A stretch of DNA of 63,369 bases, the filler included, from an uncultured Methanosarcinales archaeon (GTDB lineage: Archaea; Nanobdellota; Nanobdellia; Woesearchaeales; CAIVOO01), in NCBI GenBank assembly GCA_964485195.1. It is 3 parts of 3 records of this genome, joined end to end, with 100 filler letters (N's around TTAATTAATTAA, not from the genome) between each part and the next. Parts side by side here need not be neighbours in the genome. Positions count along the whole stretch, not along the records: positions 31,555 to 54,051 come from CAZAIK010000006.1; 2 more parts are not named here. One strand, written 5' to 3'. Position numbers and translations under genes: made by a program. The notes below the pieces were generated by a model. The model was not told where the DNA came from. It worked only from the letters and a program-made list of their open reading frames with translations, and made no database searches. Below, piece by piece: positions 46,440 through 54,151 of this stretch (the first letter of the stretch is position 1; each line of letters opens with the position of its first letter).

Positions 46440-47060
46440 ATGAACAAGGAAAGAAAGAAAACAAGGAACATTGCGATATTCCTGGCAATACTTGTGCTTG
46501 CGGTAGTGGGTTACGCAGTCTATGTCAATGTATTTGCACCTGCTGACTACCCTGAAACTTATCTCCCCAAGCCCCGTGAAGGAAATGAGTCAGCAAAGGT
46601 TGTTATTACAGAATACAGCGACTTCGAATGCCCTGCGTGCGGTTATGCAGAGCCGACGGTCAGGACATTAAGGTCAGAATACCAGGACAGGGTGGCCTTC
46701 AGGTTTGTCCATTTCCCCCTCACCAACATACACCCCAATGCATTGAAAGCAGCAGAGGCCTCTGAATGCGCCAATGACCAGGGAAAATTCTGGCAATACC
46801 ACGACAAGCTGTATGAAAACCAGAGAAATTTGGGCACAAAACTCTATTATGAAATCGCAGGAAATCTCGATTTGGGCATGGAAAAGTTCAGACAGTGCCT
46901 GGAATCAGGCGCAAAGAGGGAAACTGTTTTAAGGGATTTTAGGGAAGCGATAAACAAGAATTTAAGAGGAACCCCCACCTTTTTCGTGAACGACGTGCAG
47001 GTGGAAAACTATGCCTACGAAAACTTTAAAAAGATAATAGAGGAAGAGCTTAAAAAATGA
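46440..47060 (+). CDS. Membrane-anchored DsbA/BdbD-like thiol-disulfide oxidoreductase
   Basis: N-terminal TM; YSDFECPAC, HFPL, QGKFW and GTPTFF motifs. Confidence 0.9.
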   Translation: MNKERKKTRNIAIFLAILVLAVVGYAVYVNVFAPADYPETYLPKPREGNESAKVVITEYSDFECPACGYAEPTVRTLRSEYQDRVAFRFVHFPLTNIHPNALKAAEASECANDQGKFWQYHDKLYENQRNLGTKLYYEIAGNLDLGMEKFRQCLESGAKRETVLRDFREAINKNLRGTPTFFVNDVQVENYAYENFKKIIEEELKK

Positions 47061-47470
47061 AAAAACAATTCCTTTTTCTGATCTTTATTTTGATTGTTTT
47101 TATTGTGGGCTGCGGTTCACAGGAAAAACCAACCGACTCAATCGACGAAGGGGCGGGGGAGATGGAGGAAGAAGGTGTTGAAGAGGCAGCAAAAGTAACA
47201 ACATTGGCTGAAGTGAAAATCTATGATTCGGGATTCAGGCCGGAAGAAGTCACCATAAGCAAGGGAGGAACAGTGAAATGGATTAACAGGGGAAGCGAGG
47301 ACCACACAGTCCAAAGCGACACTTTCCCTCAGGAAGCAGGCATTGACAAGAAATATTCAGGAAGGCTTGCCCCTGGCCAGAGCTGGGAAAAAACCTTTAA
47401 TGTGGAGGGCTTTTACAATTATTACGACCTTTACAATGATGAGCTTAAGGGCAAGGTGATAGTGAAATGA
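47057..47470 (+). CDS. Lipoprotein with a cupredoxin-like fold, Cu ligands degenerate
   Basis: Lipobox IVG/C; F.P..VTI..G.TVKWIN...HTV; C-terminal YYDLYNDELKG lacks the Cys/His/Met ligands. Confidence 0.75.
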   Translation: MKKQFLFLIFILIVFIVGCGSQEKPTDSIDEGAGEMEEEGVEEAAKVTTLAEVKIYDSGFRPEEVTISKGGTVKWINRGSEDHTVQSDTFPQEAGIDKKYSGRLAPGQSWEKTFNVEGFYNYYDLYNDELKGKVIVK

Positions 47471-47799
47471 TGATTCACGAAGTTGATGAGGACAGCTATG
47501 AGCAGGAGGTAATAAAAACAAACAGGCCAGTGGTAGCTTATTTCTGGGCGCCCTGGTGCAAGTTCTGCAACATTATGACACCAAGGTTTGAAAACCTGGT
47601 CAAGGATTTCAAGGGTGATGTGAAGTTCTGCAAGATAAACATAGAGGAGAATGAGGAGCTGGCCAAAAGGAACAATCTTAGGGGAATACCCTGCATAATC
47701 CTGTATCACGGTGAGAGAGAAGTGGGCAGGGTAATGGGTGTTGAAGAGGAAAATGTCTTGCTTGAAAAGATTGAGAGCCATCTGAAGGATTTTTATTGA
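47467..47799 (+). CDS. trxA: Thioredoxin
   Basis: FWAPWCKFC and RGIP motifs. Confidence 0.9.
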   Translation: MMIHEVDEDSYEQEVIKTNRPVVAYFWAPWCKFCNIMTPRFENLVKDFKGDVKFCKINIEENEELAKRNNLRGIPCIILYHGEREVGRVMGVEEENVLLEKIESHLKDFY

Positions 47800-47803
47800 T
47801 AAA

Positions 47804-47950
47804 ATGAGCCCGATAGAAGAAAAAAGAGCCTATATCTCAAGCCTGATAGAGGCTCTGAAAAATGCAAAAAGTGGCAGGGATAAGAGGAAACTTACAGAGA
47901 TGATAGTTTCTGCCAAAAAAGAGCTTGAAATGATGGGCGAAAAATTTTAA
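47804..47950 (+). CDS. 48-aa helical small protein (missing from the ORF track)
   Basis: ATG 4 nt after the trx stop; MSPIEEKRAYISSLIEALKNAKSGRDKRKLTEMIVSAKKELEMMGEKF. Confidence 0.55.
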   Translation: MSPIEEKRAYISSLIEALKNAKSGRDKRKLTEMIVSAKKELEMMGEKF

Positions 47951-48022
47951 TTTTATTTTTAAATAAAAACAAAAAATTAAAAAATGTTTTATTATTTCTA
48001 ACCCTCTTTGGAGGATGATAAT

Positions 48023-48445
48023 ATGAATGTGATGTTTTATGACAGGAACCACGAAGGCGGCAAAAGGCTTAACAGAAATATTAAGCTTGTAAAGGATTTG
48101 CTTAATGGCGCGCCCTTGAACATTGAAGGGATTGACAGGTCCAGGCCATTTTTAAACCAAAAAAATGCTGAAGATATCCTTTTAAATGAGGGAGGGATTC
48201 TATATGATGCAATTATTATAAATTCTACAGCATCAGAGGCGCAGGAAGTCATAAAAAATGCTATGTTTGGCTTTGAGTACCATCAAAAAGACAAGAGGAG
48301 GATAATTGTGCTGGGGGGGCCAGGACCCGAGAAAATAACTTATCTGCCAATGAATGGGGCAGGAGGTTACATGAACCCTGCTGACGCCAGCACGTTGCTT
48401 GATACTTTGGTTAAATTTGCCGAGCAAACAAAGCCAGGCCAATAA
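48023..48445 (+). CDS. Putative degenerate receiver (REC-like) domain protein
   Basis: Pattern NVMFYD...YDAIIIN...RIIVLGG...GAGGYMNP...LLDTL parallels a CheY-like fold. Confidence 0.45.
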   Translation: MNVMFYDRNHEGGKRLNRNIKLVKDLLNGAPLNIEGIDRSRPFLNQKNAEDILLNEGGILYDAIIINSTASEAQEVIKNAMFGFEYHQKDKRRIIVLGGPGPEKITYLPMNGAGGYMNPADASTLLDTLVKFAEQTKPGQ

Positions 48446-48447
48446 AG

Positions 48448-49632
48448 TTACTTTGAAATCTTAATTATTTTTTTCACTTCTTCAACAAACCTTTCAGCTT
48501 CTCTTTCGGTGTTGTAGAAATATAACGAGGCGCGGGCGCTTCCTTCAAGCTTCTTGGCATTAAACCAGGAATGAACGCAGTGCATTCCGCTCCGTATCAT
48601 AATGTTAGCTGAACTGTCAAGAATCCCTGCTACTTCGTGAGGATTAATCCCTTTAATGTTGAAGCTGAAGATCCCCCCTCTTTCCTCAGCAGCTTCAGGC
48701 CCTACAATTTGCACATCATTTTTCAATTCCTCTGTTATCATTTTGTTCAGCATTCTTTCGTGCTTTTCGATATTCTTAAAGCCTATTTTTTTGAGGTAAT
48801 CAGCTGCTTCCCCCAACCCCACAATTCCTGCGTAATGCTGCAGCCCTGCTTCAAACCTGTGGGGAACGCCCTCAGGCTCAAAGGAAGTGTAAGTGGTATT
48901 CTTCACAGTGTCCCCCCCAACAATGAACTGCTGCAATTTTTCCAGTTCTTTCATCTTGCCGTACAAAACCCCAGTGCCTGAAGGTCCGCACATCTTGTGC
49001 CCGGAGAATGCGAAGAAGTCTGCATCCATCTTTTTCACATCAATTTCCTTGTGCGGTGCGCTCTGCGCTCCGTCAACCAAAACCTTAGCGCCCTTCTTGT
49101 GGGCCAGGCTTGCAATCTTTTTGACGTCCTGTGCTGTGCCGTCAGCATTGGAAGCGTGAACTGTTGAAACAAGCTTGACATCATCTGTTAATTTTTTCTC
49201 AAGATCTTCCATATTGCCAAACTCAAAGAATTTTAATTTTATCCCTGTCCTGTTTTTCAAAAGCAGGCAGGGCACTAGATTGGAATTGTGCTCCTTGTCT
49301 GACAGCAAAACACAATCTCCCTTTTTCAGCCCGAAACTGTGCAGGACAAGATTCAGGGATTCTGTGGTGTTCTTTGTGAAAACAACCTCTCCTGGTTTTT
49401 TTGCATTCAGTAAATTTGCAATCCTTTTTCTTGCCAAAACAAGTTCGTGCTCAAGTTTTTTGCCCATTCTGTGAGAGCTTCGACCGGCGCAGGCAGGATA
49501 CCTTTTGTAATATTCATTTATTTTTTCAATAACCTGGTTGGGCCTCAAGCTCATGCAGGCATTGTCAAAATAGATAATATTATCCTTAAGAACTTCAAAG
49601 TCCTCCCTTAATTTATTAACCTGAAGTGCCAT
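48448..49632 (-). CDS. sufS: Cysteine desulfurase (SufS-like, group II)
   Basis: YFDNAC, NTTESLN, EHNSN, DGAQS, FSGHKMCGPSG and RSGMHC motifs. Confidence 0.9.
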   Translation of the reverse strand: MALQVNKLREDFEVLKDNIIYFDNACMSLRPNQVIEKINEYYKRYPACAGRSSHRMGKKLEHELVLARKRIANLLNAKKPGEVVFTKNTTESLNLVLHSFGLKKGDCVLLSDKEHNSNLVPCLLLKNRTGIKLKFFEFGNMEDLEKKLTDDVKLVSTVHASNADGTAQDVKKIASLAHKKGAKVLVDGAQSAPHKEIDVKKMDADFFAFSGHKMCGPSGTGVLYGKMKELEKLQQFIVGGDTVKNTTYTSFEPEGVPHRFEAGLQHYAGIVGLGEAADYLKKIGFKNIEKHERMLNKMITEELKNDVQIVGPEAAEERGGIFSFNIKGINPHEVAGILDSSANIMIRSGMHCVHSWFNAKKLEGSARASLYFYNTEREAERFVEEVKKIIKISK

Positions 49633-50056
49633 TTTCCAAAGCTGAATATTCCTTGGGGTCGCACTGCACTGCCCCCTCAATTTTCTCAGGTCCCAATCCC
49701 TTCTCTATCTCGCTGTAAACGCAAAAGGAGTCCGGAACAGGGCCGTTGCAGTTGCCGTAGACCGCGTAATTTACAATGCCCCACGCTGAAAACACCAGGC
49801 TGCCCATGAGGATGATCACGAAAATCCAGGACAGCAGTTTGAAGTTTTTATAGGCGAATTTGGCAAGCCCGGGATGGGTTTTCATCAGCCTTCCTGAAAG
49901 CCCGCTCTTTATTCTCTGGTCAACCCTTGAATGGCACGGCCTCAAAGTTGCCATCCTGAAAATGCAGTCAAAAGCCTCCCTTGCCAGCAGCCTGTAGCGC
50001 ATGCTGAAAATTCCCAGAACAAGGAATACGGGAAGGGCTATGATGCAAAATACCAT
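49616..50056 (-). CDS. Membrane protein with Cys motifs
   Basis: Two TM helices; EAFDC, RPC and GNCNG...FC; overlaps the sufS start. Confidence 0.65.
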   Translation of the reverse strand: MVFCIIALPVFLVLGIFSMRYRLLAREAFDCIFRMATLRPCHSRVDQRIKSGLSGRLMKTHPGLAKFAYKNFKLLSWIFVIILMGSLVFSAWGIVNYAVYGNCNGPVPDSFCVYSEIEKGLGPEKIEGAVQCDPKEYSALENGTSG

Positions 50057-50137
50057 CTCTCTACTTCTTTGTATTTGATTTATAAAGTTTATGGAAGAAG
50101 GGCAATGCTGTGCGTTTTATGCTCAGCTGGTTTGAAG

Positions 50138-50650
50138 TCATTCACTGACTATGAGTGCGACCTTCCCAACAAATTTCCTTGCATTTTCAAATATCTCTTC
50201 AAGCCTTCTTTCTGAGTAGGTCTTAATTGCTGAGTATCTCGCTATGCGGCTTTCTTTCTTGGCGTGCTCAAAATACTTGACATATTCATCCTCAAATATC
50301 TTGTGTGACTGGTTCAACAGTGCAAGATCCTCTTTTTCTATCTCGCTGGGCACGCAAAGAAATCCTAAAGCGATCTGCGTTGCGTCATGGTCGTGCACTT
50401 CATAGCCTTTTGTGAGTATCAAAGCTTTTGCACAGTAGAGCATTGAGTAATAGGATATGGTAATAGCCCAGTAATTCCAGTAAAGCTTTTCAGGCTCGTC
50501 TTGATCAGGTTTTATATCTTTAATGCGCTTTGCTATGATCAGGCTATTCTCCCCTTTCTTCAGGAATAGTTTTATCTTGAACAGGCTTTTTGATTTTGTT
50601 ATTCTGTTGTCCTTGATGTATTCATCAAACAATTCCTCATAGTTTTCCAT
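50138..50650 (-). CDS. HEPN domain protein (putative toxin)
   Basis: W.I..SYYSM....KALIL..G...H, and R..ARY; coupled to the MNT gene. Confidence 0.8.
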   Translation of the reverse strand: MENYEELFDEYIKDNRITKSKSLFKIKLFLKKGENSLIIAKRIKDIKPDQDEPEKLYWNYWAITISYYSMLYCAKALILTKGYEVHDHDATQIALGFLCVPSEIEKEDLALLNQSHKIFEDEYVKYFEHAKKESRIARYSAIKTYSERRLEEIFENARKFVGKVALIVSE

Positions 50651-51212
50651 TTAAGACGCACCTCCAGAAACCCTCTGCATCATTTAAAATTATGTTGTTC
50701 TCAAGAGCCTGCTTGCCCACATTATCTTCCTTTTCTTTGAGCATTTGCCTGAATTCCTCTTTTGATATAAATATTGGGTTGATCTTCTTTTTGAACAAAA
50801 ATTCATACTTGGAAAAAAGGATTGATCTGTCGCCTTTTTTATTTATGATTAAAAAATCAATGTCTGATTCCTTTTTTTCAGTGCCTTTTGCGTAGCTGCC
50901 AAAAAGCACAACTATGTCTCCTGTTTTCAGCTCAGCAGCAATCTTGCTTATCACTGGATGCTTTGCAAGGAACTCCTTTTTCTCCTCTTCCGAGCTTACA
51001 ACCAAATATGATTTTATTGAAGGATTGCCTGTGTTAAGGCTAACTATCTTTGATTTCCCAATTTCCTTAATCCTGACAAGATCTTTCATTTTATGTAATG
51101 TTCTATAAAATGTGGCGTAAGGCACTTTAACAGCTTTGCTAAGTTCACGCATAGTGAACGCTTTTCCCAGGTTCTTTCCCAAACAATTTAGGATTTTAAG
51201 CTCATTATTCAT
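50637..51212 (-). CDS. wHTH plus minimal nucleotidyltransferase (MNT; putative antitoxin)
   Basis: N-terminal HTH (RELSK..KVPY); VLFGSYAKG...ESDIDFL. Confidence 0.85.
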   Translation of the reverse strand: MNNELKILNCLGKNLGKAFTMRELSKAVKVPYATFYRTLHKMKDLVRIKEIGKSKIVSLNTGNPSIKSYLVVSSEEEKKEFLAKHPVISKIAAELKTGDIVVLFGSYAKGTEKKESDIDFLIINKKGDRSILFSKYEFLFKKKINPIFISKEEFRQMLKEKEDNVGKQALENNIILNDAEGFWRCVLNGKL

Positions 51213-51330
51213 TTTCAGATAATATTATCCAAATTTGATATATAAAACTTTTGGTGCTTGCGCAGATAGAGGAGGGCTCAGGGTGAAATCAGATACCAAT
51301 GTTTTTATATTTCAAATAGTCCCCAAGGAT

Positions 51331-52107
51331 ATGCACTACTTGATAAGATACGGCGAAATCGGGCTCAAGGGACTGAACAGGCCTTTTTTTGAGAACAAGC
51401 TGGTTGAGAACATCAGGCTGATTTCCAATGAAAAGGAGGCGAGAATAACCAGGAAAAGGGGAAGAATAATTGTTGAGTCAGAAAAAGACATTTCTGAATC
51501 ACTAAAAAAGGTTTTTGGGATTGTTTCATTCAGCATTGCTGAGAAGGTGCGATTTGAAAGGCTAAATGAAAAAATCATTGAAATGGTCAAAAACAAGGAA
51601 TTTGAAACTTTCAGGATTACTGCAAGCAGGCTGAAAAAGGAATATCCCAAGGATTCCAATCAGATTGCCGAAGAAATAGGCGATTCAGTGAGGGAAAAAC
51701 TGAACAAGAAGGTTGATCTTGAAAATTTTGACCTGAACATACAAATAGAAATAATTGATTCTGCCTATGTTTTCTTTGAGAAGACTGAATGCTTGGGAGG
51801 GCTGCCTGTTTCCACAGAAGGGAAAGTGGCTGTTCTGCTGGAAACAGAAAGAGGGATTGAGGCAGCCATAAGAATGATGAAGAGGGGCTGTGATGTTGTT
51901 CCCTTTGCCTTTAATGATTTTGACATTTCGGAAATCAACCAATATATGCCTAATAAAAGAGAGATAACAAAAATAAGAAATATTAAAGAAATAGAGGATA
52001 TAGCAAAGGAAAAAGAGGCAAAGGCCCTGGCAGTGGAGGACAGCTTTGATGATTTGAAGGATTATGATGTTGATTTGGCTGTTTTGAGGCCGGTGGTTTT
52101 TGGATGA
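51331..52107 (+). CDS. ThiI-like THUMP protein with a degenerate catalytic domain
   Basis: IRYGEIGLKG.NR..FE, VFGI, THUMP domain, GGLPV...GK, MMKRG and LRP motifs; the SGGxDS PP-loop is absent. Confidence 0.75.
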   Translation: MHYLIRYGEIGLKGLNRPFFENKLVENIRLISNEKEARITRKRGRIIVESEKDISESLKKVFGIVSFSIAEKVRFERLNEKIIEMVKNKEFETFRITASRLKKEYPKDSNQIAEEIGDSVREKLNKKVDLENFDLNIQIEIIDSAYVFFEKTECLGGLPVSTEGKVAVLLETERGIEAAIRMMKRGCDVVPFAFNDFDISEINQYMPNKREITKIRNIKEIEDIAKEKEAKALAVEDSFDDLKDYDVDLAVLRPVVFG

Positions 52108-52108
52108 A

Positions 52109-53023
52109 TCAATTGAAGCCCAAAACATCCAACATTTTCTCTTTTTCTATGAAGTTCATCATTTTTTCAATGTCAAATTGGTCATAAGCAGCTCTACCCT
52201 TGACGATGTTCTTGAAAAATTCAGTGTAAACCTCAAGCTTGATACAGTAATAAAGGAGGATTATTTCAGATTTTCCTAAATCTTCAGGACAGCTATCAAG
52301 GAAAAACTTTAGTGTGTCGTAATCAAAAACAAACCCCTTTTTCAGGCAGAGCTCGATTATTAGCTTGTGCAGGTCCATAACCCTGTTTGCTTTTCTAACA
52401 AGCTCAAAATCTATAAAATAAAGACTGCTATCTTTCACAAGGATATTGCATTGCTGGATATCCCCGTGAATGGTTGTTTTAGGCATAAACTTGTTTATAT
52501 TATTAAATTTGGAAACTTCCCTAAGAATTCGTGACTTTATATCATCAGGAACGTCAGCAAGGCTGGCATAATGCTTTAGTTCGCTTACAAGATAGAGGAA
52601 AGCGTCCTCTTTCTGGGAGATATCCAAGTATGATGTTATTTTGTGCATTTCAGCAATTCGCTTGGCTATTTTAGTTATCATACTCTTGCCGAGTTTTTCC
52701 CTAAAAACAGAATTAATCTTTTTTCCTGCATATTTTGTTAGGATAAAAAATCCTTTTTGGGTTTTCACGCCAATCCTGCCATTTTTTGTCCTGACAAGAA
52801 AGCCTTCAGGCAGCAACCCTTTCTTCTCAAAAAAGAGAATGCTTTTAATTTCATTGTCAACTTTTTCCCGGTCTTCAGTTCCAATTAATTTTAATAAATA
52901 TTTTTCAATACTTTCAGTAATAATTTCACGAGTTCTGTTTAAGGGGTTTGTGGAAAGATTGTTTTTCCCTATTTCCTTGATATTGCCTATGCTATAATTT
53001 GACAGGACTCGCTTGAAATTCAT
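52109..53023 (-). CDS. APH/choline kinase/type II homoserine kinase-like phosphotransferase
   Basis: YLLK, IAEMH, IHGDIQQCN and FIDFE motifs; visibly AT-rich. Confidence 0.8.
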   Translation of the reverse strand: MNFKRVLSNYSIGNIKEIGKNNLSTNPLNRTREIITESIEKYLLKLIGTEDREKVDNEIKSILFFEKKGLLPEGFLVRTKNGRIGVKTQKGFFILTKYAGKKINSVFREKLGKSMITKIAKRIAEMHKITSYLDISQKEDAFLYLVSELKHYASLADVPDDIKSRILREVSKFNNINKFMPKTTIHGDIQQCNILVKDSSLYFIDFELVRKANRVMDLHKLIIELCLKKGFVFDYDTLKFFLDSCPEDLGKSEIILLYYCIKLEVYTEFFKNIVKGRAAYDQFDIEKMMNFIEKEKMLDVLGFN

Positions 53024-53133
53024 ATAAAAAACAAGGCATCAGGATATTTAAAACTTTAGAAAAGCCAGCCTTTTAAAACAGCCACTTCTGGAAAATAAAA
53101 AATTTTAATAACCTGTGGGGCATAATTATCGCT

Positions 53134-53967
53134 ATGATCTTGGATGAAACCTTCGAAATAATAAAACCCAGGCTGGAACTGGAGAATCTCAAAATAGCAG
53201 ATATTCTGCTGGGCAATCCGGACAATATGATACAGCTGAATAATTCGTGGGTGGGCACAGCTCTTAATTATTTTAAATTTGAATCAGAGAAAAAAAAGGA
53301 TAGAAACAAGAAATTTTTGATGGGAAAGCTTGACTCAGATCCCCTGCTCCTCAAATGCCTTTTTAAGGGTTCTTCCAGAAACCTGCTGAAATTAAGCTTA
53401 AAAACCTGTCTGGTAGGGGCCCTGTCAACAAGTCTCATGGCAGATAGCCCTCTTTTCAACATAAGCAACAAGAGGGATGACTCAATTTTTTCAGGTGTTA
53501 ATTCTGCAACAGTTATTGGCTTTGGAGGGTTTATGGATTTTATCATACAAAAAACAAAAATCAGGAAAATACACATTAGCGATTTGTACTATAATAAAGA
53601 AAATAAAAGCTTTTATGAGAGAATTGTTCATTATAGGAAAGAATTCCCAGGCAAAATTATAACAATCTCTGACGGTTCAGACAACAAGAAAATGATTCAG
53701 GCTTCAGAGCTTGTTTCAATCACCGGTTCAGCTCTCTGCAACGGGACAATGGAAACCCTGCTTGATTATGCTAAGAACTGCAAAAAGGCAATAATCCAGG
53801 GAGGAAGCGCAGCGATATATCCTGAGCCGTTTTTTAGGAGAGGGGTTTCCTTGATTTCAACGCGAATTAAGCCGCCTTATCTGATGGAGTGTGCAAGAAC
53901 AGACCCTGAAAGATTTAAATATCTGCTGGAAGGCAAACTTCCCAGGATTTACATAACGAAAAAATGA
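53134..53967 (+). CDS. DUF364-like Rossmann-fold protein
   Basis: VIGF, ITGSALCNGTMETLL, IQG.SA and FF.RGV motifs. Confidence 0.7.
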   Translation: MILDETFEIIKPRLELENLKIADILLGNPDNMIQLNNSWVGTALNYFKFESEKKKDRNKKFLMGKLDSDPLLLKCLFKGSSRNLLKLSLKTCLVGALSTSLMADSPLFNISNKRDDSIFSGVNSATVIGFGGFMDFIIQKTKIRKIHISDLYYNKENKSFYERIVHYRKEFPGKIITISDGSDNKKMIQASELVSITGSALCNGTMETLLDYAKNCKKAIIQGGSAAIYPEPFFRRGVSLISTRIKPPYLMECARTDPERFKYLLEGKLPRIYITKK

Positions 53968-54051
53968 CTCTGAAACTGGATTTAATAAAGAAGGTCTGGA
54001 AATATAAGCTTACAAAGGATTTTCACAAGGGGGAGATTTTTAGTGTGTATG

Positions 54052-54151
54052 NNNNNNNNNNNNNNNNNNNNNNNNNNNNNNNNNNNNNNNNNNNNTTAAT
54101 TAATTAANNNNNNNNNNNNNNNNNNNNNNNNNNNNNNNNNNNNNNNNNNNN
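54052..54151. other. Artificial contig-join linker
   Basis: N run + TTAATTAATTAA + N run. Confidence 0.97.
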
